From: Phormidesmis sp.
Lineage (GTDB): Bacteria; Cyanobacteriota; Cyanobacteriia; Leptolyngbyales; Leptolyngbyaceae
Length of the DNA: 64,000 bases
Reading direction: 5' to 3'
NCBI GenBank assembly: GCA_965248535.1
Contig: CBDFJR010000002.1
Coordinates: 288,001-352,000 of the forward strand
Both the position numbers and the translations under genes were made by a program. The notes below the pieces were generated by a model. The model did not search any database. It had not been told where the DNA came from and saw only the letters and a program-made list of their open reading frames with translations. Below, in pieces: positions 1-9,602 of this stretch; position 1 is the first letter of the stretch; each line of letters opens with the position of its first letter.

Positions 1-68
1 CCGAAACGCCACAAGTGGTTAAGAAATCGAGCATTTGGCAACAGTTTGTGAGCAAAATAAACCGTTAA
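1..68 (+). CDS. Probable 3' end of an upstream gene (partial)
   Basis: Open frame ETPQVVKKSSIWQQFVSKINR ends at TAA 66-68, 26 nt before the next ATG; identity unknown. Confidence 0.35.
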   Translation, partial: ETPQVVKKSSIWQQFVSKINR

Positions 69-94
69 GCAGCAACCATTTCACCAGAGAACGT

Positions 95-1050
95 ATGGTC
101 ACGAGTATCGTCACAGGCGCAGCAGGATTCATCGGCTCTCACTTAGTAGACACCCTGCTGAGTCAAGGAGAACACGTCATCGGCGTTGACCAGTTCAACG
201 ACTACTATGACCCCTTGCTGAAATGGAAAAATGTTTCAGGCTTCATGCAGCACCCAAATTTCAAGCTGATCGAAGCCGATATTCAGATTCTCGATTGGCA
301 AGCTCTCTTAGCCGATGTTGAGGTCGTTTATCATCAGGCGGCTCAAGCCGGAGTGCGGGCAAGTTGGGGAGCCGGGTTTCGTTCCTACACTGAGCGAAAT
401 ATTAATGCGACGCAGGTGATTTTAGAAGCTGCTAAAGATGCCCCGCACCTGAAGCGATTTGTTTATGCGTCAACGTCATCGGTCTATGGCAACGCCGAAA
501 CGCTGCCGACCTCTGAGACGATCGCACCTCAGCCCGTCTCGCCCTATGGCATCACTAAACTGGCAACCGAGCGACTGTGTGATCTTTATCATCACAACTT
601 TGGGGTTCCGGTCTGCTCGTTGCGTTACTTCACCGTTTATGGCCCGCGCCAGCGCCCTGACATGGGCTTTCATAAATTCTTTAAGGCAGTGCTAGACGAT
701 CGTCCGATTACGATCTATGGCGACGGACAGCAAACCAGAGATTTTACGTTTGTTAGCGATGCGATCGCGGCTAATCTCGCTGCCGCAACCACCGAAGCCG
801 CGAGCCCCGCGCTGAAATCTTTAACATCGGCGGCGGCAGTCGAGTTGTGCTCAAAGAAGTGATCGACACGATGGAAACGATCGTCGATCGTCCCATTCGG
901 CGCGAACACATTGAGAGCGCTAGGGGCGATGCCCGACACACTGCCGCCGATGTCACTAAAGCGCGATCCATTCTCAACTATCAGCCCCAAATATCGCTAA
1001 CCGCAGGATTGATTCAAGAATGGGACTGGGTGAAAGGGCTTTATCGCTGA
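95..1050 (+). pseudogene. NAD-dependent nucleotide-sugar epimerase/dehydratase, frameshifted near 803-810 (pseudogene or sequencing error)
   Basis: TGAAGFIG Rossmann motif, STSSVYG, YGITK (YxxxK), RYFTVYGPRQRPDM. The conserved C-terminus EIFNIGGGSRV...GDARHTAAD continues in another frame from 814 to TGA 1050. Confidence 0.85.
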
Positions 1051-1054
1051 AGTT

Positions 1055-2041
1055 TTAGTTCCCTTGAAAAGCAGTGAATCGACCGCCCAACCCTTCCACG
1101 ATCGCTTGAGTGTTTGCCATCAACATTTTTTGATAGGTTTCGCCGTTGCTGCCGGGTTCACCCAATCCATCGGTCAAAAGTTCTTGCTTAGATACAGTCA
1201 CTTTTGCTTCTTGGGCAACGGTTTGAATCAACTGAGGATTGATGCTCACCTCAGCAAAAATAGTCGGGACTTTTGCAGCAGCAATCGAGTTAACTAATTC
1301 TTTGACTCGTGCGGCGGTCGGTTTTTCGTCAGTGTTAACACCTTGTAACGCGCCTTCGATCGGAATGTCGTAGGCTTTTGCATAGTAGCCCAAGGCATCG
1401 TGAGTAGTGACTAACTTGCGCGCAGTCGGAGGAATAGTGGCAATTTGAGCCTTGATCCAGCCGTCGATTTGGGTCAGTTGAGTGGCGATCGCTTGAGCAT
1501 TTTTGGCATAGAGATCGCCATTAGTGGGGATGAGTTTTGTCAGATTAGTTTGAATCACCTGGGTGATCTGCACGCCGTTTTTAGCATTGTGCCAAACGTG
1601 CGGGTCAGGTTCAGTTTTGCCATCTTCTTGAAAGATTTGAGGGGTCGGCACCGCAACTTCATCGACGGCGACTTTGATAGCAGGATTTGAACTAGCCTGA
1701 ATCAATTTAGTCAAACCTGGCTCAAAGTTATAGCCTCCATATAAGACGAGATTGGCTGTCTCGATCGCTTTGCGGTCATCGGGCGTAACTTGATAAACGT
1801 GCGCGTCGATTCCGGGGTTGATCAAACACGTCAAATGGAGGGTGTTGGCGGCAATTTGTCTCGTTAAATCGCACAGCACTGAGTTGGTGGCAACCACTTT
1901 TAGAGACTTGGCGGCACTTGGCGCAGCAGAACTTGCCGATGGAGTCGGGGAGCTAGTTTGATTGGCAGACGGTGTACAGCCCGTCAAACTGACGATCGCC
2001 CAGACAGAAACTACCCAAGGGTGACGAAAAAAGTCCATCAT
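1055..2041 (-). CDS. Zn/Mn ABC transporter substrate-binding lipoprotein (TroA/ZnuA family)
   Basis: Lipobox LTGC; metal-ligand motifs DAHVY, DPHVW, THDALGY, LLTDGLG. Confidence 0.93.
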   Translation of the reverse strand: MMDFFRHPWVVSVWAIVSLTGCTPSANQTSSPTPSASSAAPSAAKSLKVVATNSVLCDLTRQIAANTLHLTCLINPGIDAHVYQVTPDDRKAIETANLVLYGGYNFEPGLTKLIQASSNPAIKVAVDEVAVPTPQIFQEDGKTEPDPHVWHNAKNGVQITQVIQTNLTKLIPTNGDLYAKNAQAIATQLTQIDGWIKAQIATIPPTARKLVTTHDALGYYAKAYDIPIEGALQGVNTDEKPTAARVKELVNSIAAAKVPTIFAEVSINPQLIQTVAQEAKVTVSKQELLTDGLGEPGSNGETYQKMLMANTQAIVEGLGGRFTAFQGN

Positions 2042-2075
2042 GATTTCTTAACGCCCGCAGGGAGCGATATAAGTC

Positions 2076-2095
2076 TATAATGAGAATCATTTTCA
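2076..2095. promoter_or_regulatory. -10 element (TATAAT) overlapping a Zur-box-like 7-1-7 inverted repeat in the divergent promoter
   Basis: TATAAT at 2076-2081; TGAGAATCATTTTCA at 2081-2095 has 2 mismatches to the cyanobacterial Zur consensus TGATAATnATTATCA; lies between metal-ABC genes. Confidence 0.7.
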
Positions 2096-2112
2096 TAGCG
2101 CAATGAATCTGT

Positions 2113-2859
2113 ATGTTAGAGGTTCAACATCTGGCTGTCAATTATCGGGGCGTTTGCGGGTTAGACCGCGTTAGCTTTCAGATTGAGCCGGGGCAACTGG
2201 TCGGCATCTTGGGCCCTAACGGAGCCGGGAAAAGCACCATGCTCAAAGCCATGCTGGGGTTGGTGCCTGTGTCAGGTGGTCGGGTCAGCTATTGCACCTG
2301 CCCGCTACATCAACAGCTAGAGCGAGTGGCTTATGTGCCGCAGCGATCGCAGATCGATTGGGATTATCCGATCACGGTTTGGCATGTGGTGATGATGGCC
2401 CGAACTCGACAGCTAGGCTGGTTTCACAGACCAGGGCGGGCTGCTCAAGCGATCGTGCAAGCGGCGCTCGATCGGGTTGAGATCAGCCACCTCAAGCATC
2501 GTCGCATTGGAGAACTTTCGGGAGGTCAACAGCAGCGCGTCTTTTTGGCTCGTGCTCTGGCGCAGCAGGCAGATGTTTTTTTGTTTGATGAGCCGTTTGC
2601 TGGGGTAGACAAGAAAACAGAAGCAATTATTTTAGAGGTGTTTGAGGAGCTACGATCGCACGCCAAGATTTTGCTGGTGAGCAATCACGACTGGGGACAG
2701 TCTTTAACTCGGCTCGATCGCCTACTGCTGCTCAATCAGCGATTGATTGCTGATGGCTCACCCCAAGATGTGATGACTCGTGAAAACTTGCAGTGCGCCT
2801 ATGGCGGGAGCTTGCAAACTCCGCTTTATGAGAACTTGGATGCAGATCTGTTTTGCTGA
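2113..2859 (+). CDS. Zn/Mn ABC transporter ATP-binding subunit
   Basis: GPNGAGKST, AYVPQ, LSGGQQQR, LFDEPF. Confidence 0.95.
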   Translation: MLEVQHLAVNYRGVCGLDRVSFQIEPGQLVGILGPNGAGKSTMLKAMLGLVPVSGGRVSYCTCPLHQQLERVAYVPQRSQIDWDYPITVWHVVMMARTRQLGWFHRPGRAAQAIVQAALDRVEISHLKHRRIGELSGGQQQRVFLARALAQQADVFLFDEPFAGVDKKTEAIILEVFEELRSHAKILLVSNHDWGQSLTRLDRLLLLNQRLIADGSPQDVMTRENLQCAYGGSLQTPLYENLDADLFC

Positions 2860-2877
2860 AAATTGCGTATTTTAGAA

Positions 2878-3765
2878 ATGCTAAATCTATTCACTGAGCC
2901 GTTGAGCTACGAGTTTGTGAGAAATGCGCTAGCGATTAGTATTTTGATTGGCGTTCTATGTCCCGTTGTAGGCAGCTATCTGATCGTACAGCGCATGGCT
3001 CTGTTGGGTGATGTGATTGCTCACTGCGTTTTACCCGGTATGTCTTTGTCATTCTTTTTTGGGGTCGACATTTTGATTGGTGCCTTTGGGTCAGGCATTC
3101 TCGGCTCGTTTTTGATTGGTTGGATTCGGTCTCAGTCTCGCGTTAAAGTTGATTCAGCAATGGCATTGACATTTTCAACTTTTTTTGCGCTGGGAGTGAC
3201 GCTAATCACGGTGTTGAAGAACAAGATCGATTTGGATAGTTTTTTGTTTGGCGATGTCTTGGGCGTTACACCAACTGATATCTATCGAACGTTGACGATC
3301 GCGCTGATCATTCTCGTGGTGATTAGGCTGTTTTATAAAGAACTGTTGTTCTATACATTTGATCGCACAGGTGCTCAAGCGATCGGGCTTCCTGTCAATG
3401 CCATTCATTTTGGTTTTATGTCCGCCATTACGCTCACCGTAATCGCCAGCATGAAAGCAGTGGGTGTGATTCTAGTGATTTCACTATTAGTTGGGCCCGC
3501 CCTCACCGCTTATTTATTAGTTAAAGAACTCCATCACATGATGTTGCTAGGCTCTGCGATTGGCGTAGTCGTCAGCGTTGTAGGCGTTTATTTAAGCTAT
3601 TATCAGAATCTGCCATCGGGGCCTGCGATCGTGCTCGTTTCCTCAACCTTATTTTTGTTCACATTTCTTTTTAGCCCCAGTCAAGGGGTGCTGACGCGCC
3701 CCGATTCGGCTGGTCGATCGGCTCGGCTACTGCGGCGACTGGGATTTTTCAAACCCTCTGAGTGA
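2878..3765 (+). CDS. Zn/Mn ABC transporter permease (ABC-3 family)
   Basis: RMALLGDVIAH, FLFGDVL, PSGPAIVL; multiple hydrophobic helices; ATG at 2878. Confidence 0.93.
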   Translation: MLNLFTEPLSYEFVRNALAISILIGVLCPVVGSYLIVQRMALLGDVIAHCVLPGMSLSFFFGVDILIGAFGSGILGSFLIGWIRSQSRVKVDSAMALTFSTFFALGVTLITVLKNKIDLDSFLFGDVLGVTPTDIYRTLTIALIILVVIRLFYKELLFYTFDRTGAQAIGLPVNAIHFGFMSAITLTVIASMKAVGVILVISLLVGPALTAYLLVKELHHMMLLGSAIGVVVSVVGVYLSYYQNLPSGPAIVLVSSTLFLFTFLFSPSQGVLTRPDSAGRSARLLRRLGFFKPSE

Positions 3766-3784
3766 TCGCCCAACTGGTCTGCAA

Positions 3785-4063
3785 TTACTGGCTAGATTGC
3801 AGCATTTGCACCACAGCGACGCGACAGGAGGGACAATCACAGCGAAACTTCTCGATCGCTAAATCCCCGATCGTGTCAGAATCGGGATCAATCTTTTCGG
3901 CCTTTTCGGCTTGAAATGTGACCTCAAAAAGCGCTGGAGCAGACTGAACGACTGCACTATCAGACAGATCCGTGGGGGTGCCTGCCTGAGCAGTGTGACC
4001 CGTTGCCAACAAAACTGCTAGAGAGGTTGAGCAGCCCATCACGGTCAGCAGATTACGATTCAT
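3785..4063 (-). CDS. Small exported protein with C-terminal CxCxxC motif
   Basis: Signal-peptide-like N-terminus ending AQA; FRCDCPSCR near the C-terminus. Confidence 0.75.
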   Translation of the reverse strand: MNRNLLTVMGCSTSLAVLLATGHTAQAGTPTDLSDSAVVQSAPALFEVTFQAEKAEKIDPDSDTIGDLAIEKFRCDCPSCRVAVVQMLQSSQ

Positions 4064-4160
4064 CGTGGATTGTTGTAAAGAATTGACTAAACTATAACGA
4101 ACGTTTGATAGATCGCAACCCTTTCGCGATCGTGCAACCAGGTTCTAAATTGCCCCCGCT

Positions 4161-5963
4161 ATGAATCCTTCCCATCGACCCGACGATAACCCGCTAATCT
4201 CACTGAGCCGCGTCTTAAAAAGCCTCAAGACCTATCGATTGGCGGCGATCGGTGCTCTCGCGAGTTTGCTGCTGCTGACGGTGGCTAATGCCATCACCCC
4301 ACAACTTTTTCGCTGGGGCATTGATCAGGGCATTACTCCAAAGAACTTGTCCATCGCGCTGCAAAGTGCGGGCTGGATGGTGGTCGCCGCGATCGCTCGT
4401 GGTTTGTTTAACTTCGGGCAGAGTTTTTGGGCAGAGGCCGCCTCTCAGGGCGTGGCCTACCAACTCCGCAATCAGATTTTTAGCAAAATTCAAAACCTCA
4501 GCTTTAGCTATCACGACCAAGCGCAAACTTCACAACTGCTTACCCGCGTCACCAGCGATGTCGAACAAATTCGCACCTTTGTTGGCACCAGTTTTATCCA
4601 AGTGTTGGGCGCGATCGTCACCCTAATCACGATCTCAACCATCCTGCTCGTGATGAATTGGCAACTAGCCCTGATTACGCTCACGGTGGTGCCGATCGCA
4701 GGCGGACTTCTAGCGCGATTTTTTAGTCAAAACAGCACCCTGTTTGGGCAAGTGCAAGAACAACTCGGTGACCTAAACGCAGTGCTGCAAGAAAATCTGC
4801 TAGGGGTGCGAGTCGTCAAAGCGTTTGTGAGAGAATCGGCCGAGCGATCGCGCTACACCACGCTCAACGATGAGCTAGTGACGGCGAATATGAAAACAAT
4901 TCGCGCCATTCGCGGCACCTTTCCGATCATCTTTTTATTGAGCAATTTAATCACCCTAGCAGTTGTTGGATATGGCGGCGCAGAAGTGATCCATCAACGG
5001 TTCTCGATCGGGGAACTCGTCGCGTTTAACTCCTATTTACTCTTCATTCTTCAACCCATTTTGCTGATCGGGTTTGCGGCCCCGGCGATCGCCCAAGCCG
5101 CCGCGTCAGCCGAGCGAGTCTATGAGGTCGTAGACACTGAAATTGATATTCGCGATCGTCCCGGTGCAGTTCCGTTTGAGCAGTGCGGCGGCAGAATCAC
5201 CTTTGAGAATGTCTCCTTTCGATATCCCGGTGCGACGATCGAGGCCCTGAGAGGAGTCTCGTTTGAAACTAAACCAAACGAACTGATTGCCATCCTCGGC
5301 ATGACAGGCTCTGGCAAAAGCACGATTATGAATCTGATTCCGCGCTTTTATGATGTGCGATCGGGTTCTGTGAGAATTGATGGGCGAGACGTGCGAGATT
5401 TTACGTTAGCGAGTCTACGATCGCGCATTGGCATCGTCTTTCAATCCACCACTTTATTCTCAGGCACCCTTCGCGAAAATATCGCTTATGCGGCTCCTGA
5501 TGCGCCCCTAGAACGAGTGATCGAGGTGGCAAAAACGGCGCAGATTCACGACTTTATTCACGAGTTGCCCGACGGCTACGACACGCTAGTGGGCGAACGC
5601 GGAGTCGGGTTGTCAGGAGGACAAAAGCAGCGCATCGCGATCGCCAGAACTCTATTAACCGATTACCGAATTCTGATTTTAGATGACAGCACATCGGCAG
5701 TCGATGCTCAAACGGCTTCGCAGATTCAAGCGGCGTTAGATGATCTGATGCGACGCAAAACCTGCACTGCTTTTGTGATCGCTCAACGCATTAGCACCGT
5801 GCAAAACGCCGATCGCATTCTGTTAATGGATAAAGGAAGATTGGTGGCTCAAGGCACCCATAATGAATTAATGGCAACAAGTCCGCTTTATGGAGCGATT
5901 TTAGAATCCCAGGTGAAGCGGTTAGTAGAACCGTCTGGTAATGTTCTAGACGTGTTGTTGTGA
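4161..5963 (+). CDS. ABC exporter half-transporter (TMD+NBD), degenerate-site subunit
   Basis: TMD followed by GMTGSGKST and LSGGQKQR; Walker B ILDDSTS (E to D) and H-switch AQR (H to Q). Confidence 0.92.
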   Translation: MNPSHRPDDNPLISLSRVLKSLKTYRLAAIGALASLLLLTVANAITPQLFRWGIDQGITPKNLSIALQSAGWMVVAAIARGLFNFGQSFWAEAASQGVAYQLRNQIFSKIQNLSFSYHDQAQTSQLLTRVTSDVEQIRTFVGTSFIQVLGAIVTLITISTILLVMNWQLALITLTVVPIAGGLLARFFSQNSTLFGQVQEQLGDLNAVLQENLLGVRVVKAFVRESAERSRYTTLNDELVTANMKTIRAIRGTFPIIFLLSNLITLAVVGYGGAEVIHQRFSIGELVAFNSYLLFILQPILLIGFAAPAIAQAAASAERVYEVVDTEIDIRDRPGAVPFEQCGGRITFENVSFRYPGATIEALRGVSFETKPNELIAILGMTGSGKSTIMNLIPRFYDVRSGSVRIDGRDVRDFTLASLRSRIGIVFQSTTLFSGTLRENIAYAAPDAPLERVIEVAKTAQIHDFIHELPDGYDTLVGERGVGLSGGQKQRIAIARTLLTDYRILILDDSTSAVDAQTASQIQAALDDLMRRKTCTAFVIAQRISTVQNADRILLMDKGRLVAQGTHNELMATSPLYGAILESQVKRLVEPSGNVLDVLL

Positions 5964-6060
5964 GCTTGCAAATCTGGTGAATAGATGGGGCAATCCTTCA
6001 AGGCATTCCCTAGCATGGTACTAGAACCCATTCACTGCCCTAGTTGCGACAGATCTGATC
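5937..6060 (+). mobile_element. IS1-family remnant (left end plus truncated insA)
   Basis: Begins GGTAATG, like IS1 termini; ATG 6015 encodes MVLEPIHCPSCDRSD, resembling the InsA CPxC zinc-ribbon start; similarity then stops. Confidence 0.65.
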
Positions 6061-6496
6061 GGGTTGATTCGGTCATCTTGTCTCATCTCGCCCAGCCAGC
6101 GAGCTACCCACACCGCAGAGCTTGCTAATCACAACTTCAACTCCAAGGCGAGTTCTCACTGCGTTCCTCTGGTTCTTTTGATGATCGACTTGTGACTATC
6201 AGTCTTATTCTACTATTGGCTTGTCTCAGATATTGGATTTTTTGAGGCGCGATCGAACGCTAAAAAAACTCTAAACCTGAGCCGATTGCTATAATACCGA
6301 TTGCTATGATAAATGAGATATTTGATACAAACTTAGTCTAGGGTTAATACTGAAAAAGTTCTGACGATCGTCGCGAAATATTGAACCAAATGAGCAGACT
6401 CTGGGGAAATCTATTTAAGACTAGACTCTGATGATCAACACATCTCTAAGACGCGATCTGTAGTCAATTGGAGTTTAAATTTCGGAGCTATCTATT

Positions 6497-7402
6497 GTGT
6501 CTACATCAATCAACTCTCGGCTACAGGAAAATTTTCAACACCATGACGGCATCTTTTTTCCTAAAGATTATGAGATTTTGAGCATTGCCAATCAAAAGCA
6601 GTTGTGGGACAAAATTGGCTCAGTTTATTATCAGACTCAAAAAGCTGAAGAACTGAGTCAAGATGATTTAAGAGCGATTGACTATCAGCAAATCACCGGA
6701 AAAATTGGGGGTCTTTGGAACCGATTTCCGCACGATCGTCACTTTGAAACGATTCTTGAAATTGGCTGTGGCTATGGCAGAGCCTCAATCAATCTCTCAA
6801 AAGGAAAGAATCTCTCCTGTTCTCAATATTATGGCATCGACATCTCAGAGCCTCTGCTGCGACGATTGCTTTATTTTAAGCAGGCCTATGATTTTTATCC
6901 ATCTGCAACGTTCAACTTAATTTGTAACTCAGCAGAAACCTTACCCTTGGCAGATGATTCGGTAGATCTGATTATTTCTAATGCGGTTTTGATGCACATT
7001 GAGAAAGAAAAAGTTGAAGCGCTGCTGCTAGAAACAGCTCGTGTGCTGAAGCCGGGCGGAGCCTTTGTGTTAAATAATTCTTTTCACAATCGCAATTGTC
7101 CTGGTCATATTTTGCGAAATCTTTCTAGGAAGGTTTTTCCATTTGGGGCTAACTCGATCTACTTAAATCAACAGACTTTAGCAGAAGTAGAGTCTCTTCT
7201 CAAAAATGCAAATATCGCCGAGAAATGCTCAAAAGTTGTGGTTGAGCCAAACCCACACTATGTGCTGTTGCCTGAAGAACTGGGTCGGTTTAGAGTGCCC
7301 TTGGCCAGCAGCATTAATCGCCGTCTAAAACCGTCAGCGGCTCAAAAAACCAGGCTTGCCTATAGCTTTAATGCTTATAGCGCAGGGGTTTTAGAGGCTT
7401 AG
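6497..7402 (+). CDS. Class I SAM-dependent methyltransferase
   Basis: ILEIGCGYG motif I, GIDIS, LPLADDSVDLI, RVLKPGG; AT-richer than flanks. Confidence 0.9.
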   Translation: MSTSINSRLQENFQHHDGIFFPKDYEILSIANQKQLWDKIGSVYYQTQKAEELSQDDLRAIDYQQITGKIGGLWNRFPHDRHFETILEIGCGYGRASINLSKGKNLSCSQYYGIDISEPLLRRLLYFKQAYDFYPSATFNLICNSAETLPLADDSVDLIISNAVLMHIEKEKVEALLLETARVLKPGGAFVLNNSFHNRNCPGHILRNLSRKVFPFGANSIYLNQQTLAEVESLLKNANIAEKCSKVVVEPNPHYVLLPEELGRFRVPLASSINRRLKPSAAQKTRLAYSFNAYSAGVLEA

Positions 7403-7426
7403 ATCTACAGTCCGGGTGAATCATCA

Positions 7427-9529
7427 TTATGAAGTCGGTTGCTTGGAGTGGATGGGGATCTCAATCCAAAATTCTGTGCCGCGTCCGGGTTGAGAAAAGC
7501 ACTTAAACACGCCGCCATGTTTTTCGACGATGATTTCGCGGCTGATTGAGAGACCCATGCCCGTGCCCTTGCCGATCGGCTTGGTGGTAAAGAATGTTTC
7601 AAACACTCTATCTTTCACGTCTTCAGGAATGCCAGGGCCGTTGTCGCTAATGCAGACCACGACGTGATCGTTTTCTAGCCGCTCAGTCTGAATTGAGATA
7701 GTAGGGGCACTTTGAGTCTCTATATGTTCTTCTAACGCGTCGATCGCGTTACTGAGCACGTTCATAAACACTTGGTTGAGTTGCCCGGCATAGCACTCTA
7801 CGATCGGGAGATCGCCATAGTTTTTAACGAGCTTAATATCATAGTGATCTGATTTTGCTTTGAGACGGTGCTGCAAAATCAGCAAGGTGCTGTCGAGTCC
7901 TTCGTGCAGGTTGACGGGCTTCATCTCGGCTTGATCAAGGCGAGAAAAGTTTCTGAGCGACAGCACGATTTGACGAATTCGATCGGCTCCTACTTTCATT
8001 GATGCAAGGGTTTTGGGCAAATCTTCGGTGAGAAAGTCGATGTCTATCGCGTCTGCCTGTTCAGCTATTTCAGGGCTGGGGTGGGGATAGCAAGCTTGAT
8101 AGGTTTTTACCAGGGTGAGCAGGTCACGGGCATATTCACTCACATGGTTGAGGTTGCCATAAATAAAGTTGACCGGATTGTTGATTTCGTGAGCAACCCC
8201 TGTGACTAGCTCACCTAAACTCGACATTTTCTCGGTTTGAATCAACTGTCCCTGCGTCTTCCGCAAATTGTGAAATGCCTTAGAGAGTTGTGCAGTGGCC
8301 TGTTGCAGTTGCAGCGTGCGCTCAATCACCTGAGCCTCTAAACTGGCATTGAGAACGGATAGCTGCTGGTGCATCTCGTGTTGCTGAATGGCGGTTGCAA
8401 ACTGGTTGCCTAGGGCATGAGCTAGCTCAATGTCTTCAGGCAGCCACCTGTGAATCTGTTGGGTTATGCCTTGATTGCGAAAAATGCTCAGATATCCCAG
8501 CAGGTGGTGGCGATACCAGAGGGGCACCATCAAAATGCCCCGCACTGGCGTAGAGCTAAAGGCAGATTGCACGTCTTGAAAATCGGACTCTTGATAAAAA
8601 TCGTCGATCGCCCAAATTTGAGCCTCCCCTGATTGAAAGTGCTTTCGCCAAACGCTGCACTGCTCGATCAGATGATAGGGGGGCTGATCGGCAAAGTCAG
8701 GCTGAATGCCGTAGGTATAGAGCCGAATGTAGTTGCTCGGCACGTTAGAGCTTTTTAAGACAGGCGGGTTTTGCAAGTCTACAGGTTCGGCTTGAATCCA
8801 CAGTCTGCCGCCCGACCCTTGCAGCGTGGCGATCGTTTCTTCTAAAGCAGCTTGAAGCTCAATCTTAGACAACGAGTGCAGCAAACTAGAAATGCGATGA
8901 ATGGCCGCTTCTCGATTGGCCAGTTCTCGCACTTGGTGCTTGAGCTTAGATTGCCCGATGGCGATCGCCACTTGGTCAACTACAGACTGCACAGTTTGAA
9001 GCTCACTGTCTGAAATGTGATGGGGGTCGCAGTGGTGACAGACCCATAGACCCCAAAGCTGATCTTGACTGAGAATGGGTAAAACCAGCGACGACTGCAC
9101 GCCCATCTCACTGAATTGATGGAGATGATCAGGGTCTGCGGGGCGATATTGAATCGGCTCAAACCCAAACTCGTCAGTCTCTAAGCGACTTTGCCCACTT
9201 TGCCCAGAGGCGACATTGATGATCGATCTGACCTGCGACTCGATCATCAGTTCTCGCGCTTCGGTCGAAATTTCTTCGTCTGGGAAATTTGCGCCGAGCA
9301 GTGACGGTAAGCGATCGTCTCGAATCGATTCGGCAATCACCTGCCCGCTATGGTCGGCGCGAAACTGGTAGACGGCGACGCGATCGCTGCTCAAAAATTC
9401 ACCGACTTCGATCACGGTGGCTTTGAGAAGGTCGTCTAGATCGAGCGATCGCCGGATGCGATGGGTCAGGCGATGCAGGAGTTTGTCTGATGGGGGGCTA
9501 GTCAGGTCTAAAGTCGGCTCAAAGCTCAT
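7427..9529 (-). CDS. GAF-GAF(PHY-like)-histidine kinase, knotless-phytochrome-derived
   Basis: DRVAVYQF and SLLGANFP GAF motifs; H-box VAHEINNPVNF; N, G1 (DNGPG), F (FFTTK) and G2 (GTGMGL) boxes. Confidence 0.9.
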   Translation of the reverse strand: MSFEPTLDLTSPPSDKLLHRLTHRIRRSLDLDDLLKATVIEVGEFLSSDRVAVYQFRADHSGQVIAESIRDDRLPSLLGANFPDEEISTEARELMIESQVRSIINVASGQSGQSRLETDEFGFEPIQYRPADPDHLHQFSEMGVQSSLVLPILSQDQLWGLWVCHHCDPHHISDSELQTVQSVVDQVAIAIGQSKLKHQVRELANREAAIHRISSLLHSLSKIELQAALEETIATLQGSGGRLWIQAEPVDLQNPPVLKSSNVPSNYIRLYTYGIQPDFADQPPYHLIEQCSVWRKHFQSGEAQIWAIDDFYQESDFQDVQSAFSSTPVRGILMVPLWYRHHLLGYLSIFRNQGITQQIHRWLPEDIELAHALGNQFATAIQQHEMHQQLSVLNASLEAQVIERTLQLQQATAQLSKAFHNLRKTQGQLIQTEKMSSLGELVTGVAHEINNPVNFIYGNLNHVSEYARDLLTLVKTYQACYPHPSPEIAEQADAIDIDFLTEDLPKTLASMKVGADRIRQIVLSLRNFSRLDQAEMKPVNLHEGLDSTLLILQHRLKAKSDHYDIKLVKNYGDLPIVECYAGQLNQVFMNVLSNAIDALEEHIETQSAPTISIQTERLENDHVVVCISDNGPGIPEDVKDRVFETFFTTKPIGKGTGMGLSISREIIVEKHGGVFKCFSQPGRGTEFWIEIPIHSKQPTS

Positions 9530-9602
9530 TGCAGGTTTTTTAACGCGCTAGTAGAGAGTATGCTCAGAGTCGTCTCTAAAATTCACATTCGCGATCGTGG
9601 CG

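Noticed and set aside
800..815. Programmed ribosomal frameshift in the epimerase
   Set aside because: No slippery heptamer; a lesion or sequencing error at a HIP1 site is simpler
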